DNA of 64,000 bases. Origin: Solirubrobacteraceae bacterium. Lineage in GTDB: Bacteria > Actinomycetota > Thermoleophilia > Solirubrobacterales > Solirubrobacteraceae. This document shows, piece after piece, positions 1 through 8,477 of the stretch; position 1 is the stretch's first letter; the number at the start of each line of letters is the position of its first letter. The position numbers were made by a program, and so were the translations under genes. The notes under the pieces are model-generated. The model did not search any database, was not told where the DNA came from, and saw nothing but the letters and a program-made list of their open reading frames with translations. Location of the stretch: positions 12,717 through 76,716 of the forward strand of contig JAXDGS010000015.1 in assembly GCA_034664905.1 (NCBI GenBank), given 5' to 3'.

Positions 1-701
1 AGCGTGTCGAGACTGCGTGCTGCGGCCTGCATCCGCGCCCACGGGGAGAAGCGCCCGCGGAACACGCGCAGGAGATACTCGCTCGCGTAGAAGGACAGAG
101 CTCGCTCGAACAGGCCCGCGGCGTCGATCGAGCGAGCGCGCTCGCCGTCCGGGTCGAGTCCGAACAGCGCGCGCATGGCCACGCGCAGCGCGAGCCTGCG
201 GGTCCAGGCGTAGAGGTCGATCTGCGAACCCGGCGTGAGCGCCTCCAGCGCAGCGCTCGTCTCCTGCACGATCACATCCGCCGAGGCGATGATGTGCTCG
301 CGGTGGAACGCGGGCAGCATGATCATGCGCGAGCGCCGATGGAAGTCCCCGTCGATCGTCAGCAGGCCGTCACCCATCAGCCCGGTGAGGTCGCGGAAGT
401 GCCCTTCGCGCCAGAGGAAGTTGGAGGCGTGGGAGACCGTCATGTAGTGGTTGGCGGCCGGCCCCAGCATGAACACGACGTTGCTGTGGAACAGGCGCAG
501 CGTGAAGATCGGGCCGAAGCGCTCGTAGGCGTCGAGCAGCATCGGCAGCGGTTCAGCGGCGAAGCGCCGCGTGCGCGTCATCGAGAAGCGGGTCTCTCCG
601 GGGGGGAACGGGACGCTCGCTTCGCGCTCGTCGCGCAGGTCCGCGAGCAGCACCGACAGCGGGCTTGCGCCCAGCAGCGGGGGTGGCCCGACCAATGCCA
701 T
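1..701 (-). CDS. Cytochrome P450, N-terminal part (continues past the window edge; absent from the ORF track)
   Basis: Hand translation from ATG at 701: MALVGPPP...PFPPG...YERFGPIFTLRLF...GDGLLTIDGDFHRRSRMIMLPAFH...LALRVAMRALFG, typical P450 B-E helix motifs. TACCCT -10 lies 7 nt upstream. Confidence 0.88.
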   Translation of the reverse strand, partial: MALVGPPPLLGASPLSVLLADLRDEREASVPFPPGETRFSMTRTRRFAAEPLPMLLDAYERFGPIFTLRLFHSNVVFMLGPAANHYMTVSHASNFLWREGHFRDLTGLMGDGLLTIDGDFHRRSRMIMLPAFHREHIIASADVIVQETSAALEALTPGSQIDLYAWTRRLALRVAMRALFGLDPDGERARSIDAAGLFERALSFYASEYLLRVFRGRFSPWARMQAAARSLDT

Positions 702-823
702 ACCGCCAAGGGTATTCGATGCTGGCCGCGTGGCCAAAGCGCTCGCCCGGCGCCGTGGCAAATGCTGCTCGGTGGCATACTGGTCGGGCGCGCAGGGTCC
801 CCCGGCCCGCATGCACAAAACGC

Positions 824-897
824 GGGGGCGTAGCTCAGCAGGTTAGAGCGCTGCCCTGTCACGGCAGAGGTCGCGGGTTCGAGTCCCGTCGCTCCCG
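824..897 (+). tRNA. tRNA-Asp (anticodon GTC), CCA not encoded
   Basis: Acceptor stem GGGGGCG/CGCTCCC, D-arm GCTC..GAGC, anticodon arm CTGCC-CTGTCAC-GGCAG, T-loop GGTTCGAGTCC, discriminator G. Confidence 0.97.
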
Positions 898-1204
898 CTT
901 TCGGCACCGAACCTTCTCCACCGGGATCGTTGGCCTCGATGACCGCGAACCACGCGATCGCTGGGCACAGGACGAGCTGACCGCTTGCTGGTCGGCGCTA
1001 CTCGCCCTGCGAGGCCCTGCAGGCCTCCGCCTCGGCCTCTATCCCGGCCAGGGGGGCGTTTCCCCGCGACCCGGGGTGATGATCGATCATATGACCTGAC
1101 CCTGCTTTCCGCAGTCGAGCGAGCGTCGTCGCGCTTCTCTCGCGGATGCTGACGATCGATTCGTCGCCGGGGGCCCTTTGGAGCACTGAGCCTGGTCTCC
1201 CAGG

Positions 1205-1236
1205 AACAAGACTGATTCCCATTCGTTTGTTATAGT
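1205..1236 (+). promoter_or_regulatory. Putative Zur/Fur box next to a TATAGT -10 element
   Basis: The reverse complement of 1205-1223, AATGGGAATCAGTCTTGTT, matches the idealised Fur/Zur palindrome AATGAGAATCATTCTCATT at 15/19. TATAGT is at 1231-1236, and the downstream operon ends in a Fur-family gene. Confidence 0.6.
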
Positions 1237-1245
1237 GCGGCTCCG

Positions 1246-2193
1246 GTGCCGTCCATGTCAACCGCAGGTTCGATCGCTCGCTCGCGGCTTGGCGCGCTGC
1301 TGGTGCTGCTCGTTGTCCTCGGCGTCGCGTTCGCCGGCTGCGGCGGAGCGGCTGGTTCCTCGACGGGCTCCTCCGGAAAGCTGCAGATCGCGGCGGCAGA
1401 GAACTTCTGGGGCAGCATCGCCGCGCAACTCGGTGGCAAGAAGGTGGCGGTGAGCAGCATCATCGTCAACTCGAACACCGACCCGCACTCCTATGAACCA
1501 ACGGCTGCCGACGGGGTGACGATCGCGCGCTCGCAGATGGCGATCGTCAACGGCATCGGCTACGACACCTGGAGCTCGAAACTGCTCGCAGCCAACCCGT
1601 CGAACGCGCGGGTGGTGCTCGACGTCGGCAACCTGCTCGGGCTTAAGCAGGGCGATAACCCCCACCAGTGGTACTCACCGTCGAGCGTGCAGCGCCTGAT
1701 CGGGCAGATCGTCGCCGACTACAAGCGGCTGGACCCCACGGACGCCTCGTACTTCGACCAGCAGCGCAGCGCGTTCGAGACGACCGACCTCGCTGAATAC
1801 AACCGGCTGCGCAGCGAAATACGGGCGCGCTATGCCGGCGTGCCGGTCGGCTACTCCGAGAGCATCTTCCAGCCGCTGGGGCAGGATCTCGCCCTGAAGC
1901 TGCTTACACCCGCGAGCTTCGCGAAGGCGATCGCGGAGGGCACCGATGTGAGCGCCGCGGATAAGCAGACCGTCGATCGGCAGGCCGAAGGCGGGGCGAT
2001 CAAGGCGTGGATATACAACAGCCAGAACGCCACACCGGATGTGCAGCGGGTGAACCAGCTCGCGCGCGCTGCGCACATCCCGATCACGACGATCACCGAG
2101 ACGCTCTCCCCGGCCTCGGCTACCTTCGAGCAATGGCAGAGCGCCGAGCTGAGGCGCCTGATGTCGGCGCTTCGCCGGGCGACCGGGAGATGA
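1246..2193 (+). CDS. Zn/Mn ABC transporter substrate-binding lipoprotein (ZnuA/TroA family)
   Basis: Lipobox FAGC, AAENFWG, and DPHSYEP and NPHQWY metal-ligand motifs. Confidence 0.92.
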   Translation: MPSMSTAGSIARSRLGALLVLLVVLGVAFAGCGGAAGSSTGSSGKLQIAAAENFWGSIAAQLGGKKVAVSSIIVNSNTDPHSYEPTAADGVTIARSQMAIVNGIGYDTWSSKLLAANPSNARVVLDVGNLLGLKQGDNPHQWYSPSSVQRLIGQIVADYKRLDPTDASYFDQQRSAFETTDLAEYNRLRSEIRARYAGVPVGYSESIFQPLGQDLALKLLTPASFAKAIAEGTDVSAADKQTVDRQAEGGAIKAWIYNSQNATPDVQRVNQLARAAHIPITTITETLSPASATFEQWQSAELRRLMSALRRATGR

Positions 2194-3011
2194 GCGCTTT
2201 GACCGTGCCGGTTTCAGACGCGGTGCGCGTGGAGGAGGGGCGGGCGCGCATCGGCCGCCATGTGGTGTGGAGCGAGGTGAGCATCACGGTCGCGCCGGGC
2301 GAGTTCGCCGCAATCCTGGGGCCGAACGGGTCGGGCAAGACGACGCTGCTGCGGGTGCTGCTCGGCGAGCTTGCGCTCGCCCATGGGACCGCCTCGATCC
2401 TGGGGCGCCCGCCGGGTGCGCTGAAGGGCCAGATCGGCTATCTGCCCCAGCGCCGGAGCTTCGACGCCGGCACTCGCATTCGCGGCATCGACCTCGTGCG
2501 ACTCGGGCTCGACGGTGCGCGGTGGGGCCTGCCCCTGCGCCGCTCCGGCGGTGCGCGCGTGGATGAGGTGATCGATCTGGTCGGAGCGGGCGGGTATGCA
2601 AAGCGGCCGATAGGAGCGCTCTCCGGAGGCGAGCAGCAGCGCCTACTGATCGCACAGGCACTCGTCAGCGAACCAAGACTGCTGATCCTCGATGAGCCGC
2701 TGGACAGCCTCGACCTGCCCAACCAGAGTGCCGTTGCAGCGCTGCTGGCTCGCATCGTTCGCGAGCAGCGCGTCACGGTGCTGCTCGTCGCCCATGACGT
2801 GAACCCGCTGCTGTCCTATCTCGATCGGGTCGTGTACTTCGGCGCCGGGCAGGCCGTGGTCGGCGAGCCACGCGAGGTCATCACCGCGCAGACGCTCAGC
2901 CGCCTGTACGACGTGCCGGTGGAAGTGCTGGAGACCGCCGACAAGCGACTGGTCGTCGTTGGGCTTCCCGAGCCGCCCGCGCATCACAGCGACCGGCATG
3001 CGCACCACTAG
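2190..3011 (+). CDS. Metal ABC transporter ATP-binding subunit
   Basis: Walker A GPNGSGKT, signature LSGGEQQR, Walker B LILDEP, His-rich tail; ATGA overlap with the upstream gene. Confidence 0.95.
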   Translation: MSALTVPVSDAVRVEEGRARIGRHVVWSEVSITVAPGEFAAILGPNGSGKTTLLRVLLGELALAHGTASILGRPPGALKGQIGYLPQRRSFDAGTRIRGIDLVRLGLDGARWGLPLRRSGGARVDEVIDLVGAGGYAKRPIGALSGGEQQRLLIAQALVSEPRLLILDEPLDSLDLPNQSAVAALLARIVREQRVTVLLVAHDVNPLLSYLDRVVYFGAGQAVVGEPREVITAQTLSRLYDVPVEVLETADKRLVVVGLPEPPAHHSDRHAHH

Positions 3012-3918
3012 CGTGCTCGCCGCGACGGGTCCATCGCTTGACCCGATCTCCGACCTGCACCAGTTGACCGCATACCCGTTCATGGTCAATGCGCTCGAGG
3101 CGGGCACGATCGTCGCGGTCATGGCCGGCGTGATCGGGTGGTTCATGGTGCTGCGCCGGCAAACCTTCGCAGGCCACACCCTTTCGCTGACGGCGTTCCC
3201 CGGCGCAAGCGGCGCGCTGTTGATCGGCCTGTCCGCTTCGGCCGGCTACTTCGTCTTCTCGGGGTTCGCCGCGCTCATCATCGGGGCTGCCGCCGGGGCC
3301 CAGACGCGACGCAATCGAAGCCAGGAGTCCGCGATCACCGGCGCTGTGCAGGCGTTCGGGCTCGCGTGCGGGTTCCTGTTCCTGAGCCTGTATCAGGGGG
3401 TGCTCGCCAACTACGAGAGTCTGCTGTTCGGCAGCTTCCTCGGCATCACCCATGGGCAGGTGCTGGCGCTCGCCGCAGTCGCGGCCGTGGCGCTCGGCCT
3501 GCTCGCAATCGCCGGACGCCCGTTGCTGTTCGCCTCGCTCGATGAGGGCGTGGCACGGGCACGCGGGGTGCCCACCCGTGCGCTCGGCCTCGGGTTTCTG
3601 CTGCTGCTGGGACTAGCGGTCGCCGAGACCGCGCAGATCACGGGGGCGCTGCTCGTGTTCGCGCTACTCGTCGCACCGCCGGCCACCGCCCAACTCATCA
3701 CACCCCGTATCGCGCCGAGCCTCGCGCTGAGCGTCGCCCTCGGCGTGCTGATCACATGGGTCGGCCTCGCGCTGGCCTACTTCTACAACTACCCGGTCGG
3801 CTTCTACATCACGACCGTCGCCTTCGTCACATACATGGTGGCGCGCGTAGCACGCGCGGTCGCCGACCATCAGGGGCCGCTACGCGCCCGCATGCGCCCT
3901 GCCGAGGCCGGCGGCTGA
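2998..3918 (+). CDS. Metal ABC transporter permease (ZnuB/ABC-3 family)
   Basis: Multi-TM; FAGHTLS..AFPG, LLFGS, GALLVFALLVAPPATA motifs. Confidence 0.92.
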   Translation: MRTTSVLAATGPSLDPISDLHQLTAYPFMVNALEAGTIVAVMAGVIGWFMVLRRQTFAGHTLSLTAFPGASGALLIGLSASAGYFVFSGFAALIIGAAAGAQTRRNRSQESAITGAVQAFGLACGFLFLSLYQGVLANYESLLFGSFLGITHGQVLALAAVAAVALGLLAIAGRPLLFASLDEGVARARGVPTRALGLGFLLLLGLAVAETAQITGALLVFALLVAPPATAQLITPRIAPSLALSVALGVLITWVGLALAYFYNYPVGFYITTVAFVTYMVARVARAVADHQGPLRARMRPAEAGG

Positions 3919-4781
3919 TGTTCGCGCACGAGTTCTTCCGCAACGCGCTGCTCGCCGGCACGTTCGTCGCACTCGCGTGTGGAGCGGTCGGCTACTTCAT
4001 CGTGCTACGCGCGCAGGTGTTCGCCGGTGACGCGCTCAGCCACGTCGCGTTCACCGGTGCGCTCGCCGCCGCAGCGGCGGGTATCGACACACGCATCGGC
4101 CTGTTCGCTGCGACGATCGGGATCGCACTCGTGCTCGGCGGGATCGGCCAGCGGGGCGCTGCCGACGATGTCGCGATCGGGATCATCTTCGCCTGGATCT
4201 TGGGCCTCGGTGTGTTCTTCCTCGCTCTGTTCAGCAGCGGCTCGGGCGGTGGGAACGGGTTGCTCGGGGCGCGCGCGCTGTTCGGATCGATCTTTGGGCT
4301 GAGCGCATCCGACGCAAGGCTCGCTGCGCTGATCGGCGCACTGATCCTCGCGGCGATCCTCGCGGTCGCAAGGCCGCTGCTTTTCGCGAGCGTGGACCCT
4401 GGTGTTGCGGCCGTGCGGGGCATACCCGTCAGGACGCTCGGACTGCTGTTCGTCGCGCTCGTGGGTGCAACCGCCGCCGAGGCGACGCAGGCCGTCGGTG
4501 CGCTGCTGCTGCTCGGCCTGCTGGCCGCACCGGCCGGTGCCGCGCACCGCCTCACGCCCAACCCCTACCTCGCGCTCGCCCTGTCCGCCGCTCTGGCCGT
4601 GTTCGCGATGTGGCTCGGCCTCGCTATCAGCTACGCCATCCCCAGCCTGCCTCCGAGCACCGCAATCGTCGCGATTGCGACGGCGAGCTACCTGCTCGCA
4701 TTCCTGCTAACCGCACTTCGTCCTGAACGGCGGCTCGCTGGCGCCCTGGGGGCTGCAGATCATGGCTTGGCCGAGAACTAG
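3918..4781 (+). CDS. Second metal ABC transporter permease (ABC-3 family)
   Basis: FAGDALSHVAFTG, LFGSIFG, GALLLLGLLAAPA; TGATG overlap. Confidence 0.92.
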   Translation: MFAHEFFRNALLAGTFVALACGAVGYFIVLRAQVFAGDALSHVAFTGALAAAAAGIDTRIGLFAATIGIALVLGGIGQRGAADDVAIGIIFAWILGLGVFFLALFSSGSGGGNGLLGARALFGSIFGLSASDARLAALIGALILAAILAVARPLLFASVDPGVAAVRGIPVRTLGLLFVALVGATAAEATQAVGALLLLGLLAAPAGAAHRLTPNPYLALALSAALAVFAMWLGLAISYAIPSLPPSTAIVAIATASYLLAFLLTALRPERRLAGALGAADHGLAEN

Positions 4782-4793
4782 ACTCAGACTCGC

Positions 4794-5240
4794 ATGAGCA
4801 AGAAGCCGACACATGGCTGGGCGACCCACGCACAGCAGGTGCTCGCACGGAGCGGACACCACTCCGGTCAGGCGCGTCGTGCGCTGCTGGCGCTGCTGGA
4901 CTCCCAGGCCTGTGCGCTATCGGTGATCGAGATGGAAGACGCATTGCGCGCAAGCAAGCGGCCGGTCGCCCGCGCAAGCATCTACCGCATCCTCGACGAG
5001 CTGGAGCGCTTGCGCCTCGTGCAGAAGGTCCAGGTCGGCCAGGACATGACCCGCTACGAGCCGATCCGAACCGGAGACGGACACCATCACCACCTCGTCT
5101 GCGACAACTGCGGGACGGTCACGCCCTTCACCGACGAGAACCTCGAGGACGCGATCCGCAAGCTGAGCCGCCGCTTGCCCATGCGCGTTGCCGAACACGA
5201 GATCGTGCTGCACGGCGCCTGCGCCACCTGCACGCCCTAA
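4794..5240 (+). CDS. Fur-family regulator, probably Zur
   Basis: ASIYRIL HTH, HHHHLVCDNCG and C-terminal GACATC; last gene of the metal ABC operon. Confidence 0.9.
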   Translation: MSKKPTHGWATHAQQVLARSGHHSGQARRALLALLDSQACALSVIEMEDALRASKRPVARASIYRILDELERLRLVQKVQVGQDMTRYEPIRTGDGHHHHLVCDNCGTVTPFTDENLEDAIRKLSRRLPMRVAEHEIVLHGACATCTP

Positions 5241-5276
5241 CCCCGATTCGCACTCAGCGAGCCCCGCGCGCCTCGT

Positions 5277-6251
5277 TCAGCCTGCCGGTGAGGCGAGCAG
5301 CGAGGCCAGCCGCCCCGAGCGAGGGTCAGCTGCGCCGCCAAGCGGCGCGAGGCCGAGGGCTTCCTCGATCGTGCCGAGGATCCCGAAGCTGTCGAGCGGC
5401 GCGGCATCGCGCGCGCCGGCGCGCGCGAGCGGCCCGGCGAGGATCGTCGCGACGTGCCCTCCACGCGCGGCCCCGCAACAGCCACTCCCCGAGCCGCCCT
5501 CGTCCCAGGTGAGCAGCAGCTCACCGCGCGGTCCGAGCTCGCGCAGCAGCGGCGGGATGGTTCGAGCGAGGAAGCGGTCACCGGCGGCGACGCCGCAGTC
5601 GTGGCCGTCGTCGCAGAGGTTCGGCGAGATCCACGCATACCTTGGAAGCGCGCCCGCGCGCAGATCCTTGGCGAGCTGGGAGAACCCGACGAGCCTGTTG
5701 CAAAGCGCCACCGAGCCGGCGACGCTGCGGTAGTAGATGAACGGGTTGTGCTTCTTCGCGTAGCCGCCCGAGCCGGCCCCGCGGAAGCACGGCCCGGGAG
5801 CGCCCTCGAGGTAGGCGCGCCATGAGATCCGAGCCGCCTGCAGCTGGTCGACGATGCTCGTGCCGGAGACGGTGCAATCGGTGCAGTCGGAGCTGATGCC
5901 GTGCGTCGAGCCGCTCGTCAGCGCGAGGTAGTTGGGCAGCGAAGGATGCGTGATCGCGTAGCTTCGCGTCGCGAGGCCGTAGCGGCGCGCGAGCGAGTTG
6001 ACGTAGGGCGAGCTGGCGCTGCCGATCACCTCGTCGTACTCAGCGTTCTCCATCACGATCACGACCACATGCGATGCGCGCGAGCGGGGAAGCTGGGAGA
6101 TCGTGCCGACGCGAAGGGGATGGCCGGCGCTCGCGCCCGCACAGCCGATTGCCGCCAGAGCGACCGCGAGCAGCGCGCACGCGGCGAGCGCCGGCGCGCG
6201 AGCACCACGCTCAGGGGGCGACCTGCGCGGAGGGTGGATGATGTCGCTCAT
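5277..6251 (-). CDS. Phosphoesterase-family (SapM-like acid phosphatase) lipoprotein
   Basis: HVVVIVMEN, HPSLPNYLAL, KHNPF, PNLCDDGHD, TWDE motifs; lipobox AIGC. Confidence 0.88.
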   Translation of the reverse strand: MSDIIHPPRRSPPERGARAPALAACALLAVALAAIGCAGASAGHPLRVGTISQLPRSRASHVVVIVMENAEYDEVIGSASSPYVNSLARRYGLATRSYAITHPSLPNYLALTSGSTHGISSDCTDCTVSGTSIVDQLQAARISWRAYLEGAPGPCFRGAGSGGYAKKHNPFIYYRSVAGSVALCNRLVGFSQLAKDLRAGALPRYAWISPNLCDDGHDCGVAAGDRFLARTIPPLLRELGPRGELLLTWDEGGSGSGCCGAARGGHVATILAGPLARAGARDAAPLDSFGILGTIEEALGLAPLGGAADPRSGRLASLLASPAG

Positions 6252-6413
6252 CGCGCACCTAACTCTCGCATCCGTGCAACCTGTCGGCAAAGACGGATAG
6301 TTTGGTCGTGCACATGCACGGCAGACGTCGCTCGCCGGGCGGCCTGGCGCTCCGAGCGCCACGAGGGTCGCCATTCCACCGGCCTCGCCGCGACAAACCA
6401 ACAAGGAGGCTCG

Positions 6414-6881
6414 ATGTCACCGACACAGAGAAAACCAGCTAGCACACGGGCGAAAAAAGCCGCGGGCACACGGACGAAAAAAGCGGCGAAAACGCTGGCG
6501 AAAAAACCCGCGGGCGCACGGACCAAAAAAGCGGCGAAAACGCTGGCGAAAAAACCCGCGGGCACGCGGACGAAAAAAGCGGCGAAAACGCTGGCGAAAA
6601 AACCCGCGGGCACGCGGACCAAAAAAGCGGCGAAAACACTGGCGAAAAAATCCGCGAGCAAAAGCACCAAAAAAGCGGCGAGCGCTCGAGCGAAAAAAGC
6701 GGGGCGCGCGCGGGCGAAAAAAACGGGTGGCGGCATTGACGATCTGCGCCGCGACTTCGGCAAGCTCCTGCGCGACGCGCGCCGCCATGCCGACAAGCTG
6801 GGCAGCCAGGCCCTCAAGGACCTCGAACTGCTGCAGAAAGACATCGCGGCGGCGGGCGCCAAAGCCAAAGCGAGACGCTAA
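6414..6881 (+). CDS. Histone H1-like Lys/Ala-rich repeat protein with helical C-terminal domain
   Basis: AAGGAGG RBS before ATG 6414; four AKKPAGTRTKKAAKTL-type repeats, then amphipathic IDDLRRDFGKLLRDARR...LQKDI. Confidence 0.78.
   Translation: MSPTQRKPASTRAKKAAGTRTKKAAKTLAKKPAGARTKKAAKTLAKKPAGTRTKKAAKTLAKKPAGTRTKKAAKTLAKKSASKSTKKAASARAKKAGRARAKKTGGGIDDLRRDFGKLLRDARRHADKLGSQALKDLELLQKDIAAAGAKAKARR
6450..6641 (+). repeat. Four tandem 48-bp coding repeats
   Basis: Unit approximately GCGAAAAAACCCGCGGGCACGCGGACCAAAAAAGCGGCGAAAACGCTG, near-identical copies. Confidence 0.93.
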
Positions 6882-6957
6882 GCAGCGTCCAAACGCACAT
6901 CGAGGAAGCAGTCGCGGCCGCGGTCCGCCCGCGCGCTCAGCGCCGGGGCGCGTGCGG

Positions 6958-7644
6958 TCAGGCGCCGATCAGGCGTCTCTGCAGCGCGTAGCGAACCAGT
7001 TCCGCTCGCGTGGAGACACCCAGCTTCGTGCAGATGTGTGCGCGGTGCGTCTCGATGGTCCGCGGCGAGAGCCCCAGCTTGCGCGCTACCTCCACGCTCG
7101 TGTGGCCGAGCGCGATCATGCGCAGCACCTCGACCTCGCGCGGGGACAGCTTGCTTTCGGTCAGTCCGCGATCGAGGGTCTGCAGGCGCGTGGCCAGCGG
7201 CGGGCTGATGTACTGCTCGCCGCGCGAGGCAGCGAGGATCGCCTGCGGAAGCTCTCCGTCGGCGAGCATCGTTGTGACGAGCCCGAGCGCGCCCGCGGCG
7301 AACGCCCGCTGGGCGAATACCGGGTGGTCTTCGCTGGTCAGCACGACGATCTGGGTCTTCGGTGCGAGCTCGCGCAGATAGCCGATTGCCTCGACGCTCG
7401 AAGCGTCGGGCATGCCGAGGTCCATCACGAGAACCTGCGGATGCTCGCTGACCACGAGGCGCGCCGCGGTTGCGAGTTCGCCGGCTTCCGCGCTGACCAC
7501 GACGTCGTGCTCGCGGTCGAGCAGCTCGCGCAGGCCGCGCCGCATCAGCGGGTGATCGGCGGCGAGCACAACGCGGATCTGCAGATCACGTCGAAGGGCC
7601 TGCTCGTCCTCAACCGTGGGGGCCAGGTGCAGATGTGGGGCCAT
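6958..7644 (-). CDS. NarL/LuxR response regulator with atypical receiver
   Basis: LuxR HTH LSPREVEVLRMIALGHTSVEVARKLGLSPRTIETHR. Receiver has AADH instead of ADDH and GLVTT instead of GYVLK. Confidence 0.88.
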   Translation of the reverse strand: MAPHLHLAPTVEDEQALRRDLQIRVVLAADHPLMRRGLRELLDREHDVVVSAEAGELATAARLVVSEHPQVLVMDLGMPDASSVEAIGYLRELAPKTQIVVLTSEDHPVFAQRAFAAGALGLVTTMLADGELPQAILAASRGEQYISPPLATRLQTLDRGLTESKLSPREVEVLRMIALGHTSVEVARKLGLSPRTIETHRAHICTKLGVSTRAELVRYALQRRLIGA

Positions 7645-7685
7645 GTGTCCACGCTAAGGGGCCCTGGCGGCGCCTGGCAGCGGGA

Positions 7686-7714
7686 AAAGCACTCGATCGC
7701 GCGTGTAAAGCACT
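7686..7714. promoter_or_regulatory. Direct repeat AAAGCACT x2 (21-bp period) upstream of the atypical response regulator
   Basis: AAAGCACT at 7686-7693 and 7707-7714; TAGCGT -10 lies 6 nt before ATG 7644. Confidence 0.4.
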
Positions 7715-7750
7715 GATAGACGTGGATCTCCCCGGCCGGGGATGCGCAGG

Positions 7751-8437
7751 TCAGGCGAGCTGCTCGGGAGGTCCGCCGATAAGGCCGCGCTCGAGCGCGT
7801 AGCCGACGAGCTCGGCGCGCGTCGTGAGACGCAGCTTCTGCTGGATGTGGGAGCGGTGGGTCTCGACCGTTCGCACCGACAGATAGAGCTGTTCTGCGAC
7901 CTCGGCGTTGGTGTGGCCGAGCGCGATCAGCCGGAGCACGTCAACCTCGCGCTCTGAGAGGTCGTCGGGTGGCCCCGGGGGCGGCTCTGAGGCGATCCGC
8001 GCCCCCAGCCGCGGGTTCAGGTAGCTCTCACCCACCGCAGCGAGACGCACTGCTTCCACGAGCTCGTCGTCGGCGGCATCCTTGAGCACGTAGCCGAGCG
8101 CGCCGGCGCCGAGCGCCTCGCGAGCGAAGGCTGGCTCCTGCTGCATCGTCAGCACGACGATCTGCGTGCCCGGCGACTCCGAGCGGATCTGCGGGATCGC
8201 ATCGAGGCTCGAGCCGCCCGGCATGTTCAGGTCGAGCACGAGCACGGCCGGATGGTGCCCGCGGACGTAGCGGCGCGCGCTCTCCACGTCGCTGGCCTCC
8301 GCCACAACCTCGAAGCCGCTCTCGTTGTCCAACAGCATTCGCAGCCCGCTGCGAACGACTGCATGGTCGTCGGCGAGCACGATTGAAATCGTCTCCGACG
8401 CGGAGCCGTCGTGGGATCGATCACCGGCTTGGCTCAC
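7751..8437 (-). CDS. NarL/LuxR response regulator (canonical receiver)
   Basis: VLADDH, VLDLNMP, LTM, GYVLKDA; LuxR HTH SVRTVETHR. Confidence 0.94.
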   Translation of the reverse strand: MSQAGDRSHDGSASETISIVLADDHAVVRSGLRMLLDNESGFEVVAEASDVESARRYVRGHHPAVLVLDLNMPGGSSLDAIPQIRSESPGTQIVVLTMQQEPAFAREALGAGALGYVLKDAADDELVEAVRLAAVGESYLNPRLGARIASEPPPGPPDDLSEREVDVLRLIALGHTNAEVAEQLYLSVRTVETHRSHIQQKLRLTTRAELVGYALERGLIGGPPEQLA

Positions 8438-8477
8438 GCTTCAGAAGTTAGCGCGACGGTTATTGAGCGGTCCCCCG

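Noticed and set aside
17-1261. ORF-track calls at the left end (e.g. 294-833, 665-1099, 998-1261)
   Set aside because: They are antisense to the P450 or overlap the tRNA and promoter, with no protein motifs.
6450-6641. Regular repeats as a possible CRISPR array
   Set aside because: Units are contiguous in-frame 48-bp coding repeats with no unique spacers, and no cas genes are present.
6248-6868. Antisense ORFs with FFA/FFR repeats
   Set aside because: Mirror of the Lys-repeat gene, which has the strong RBS and a plausible product.
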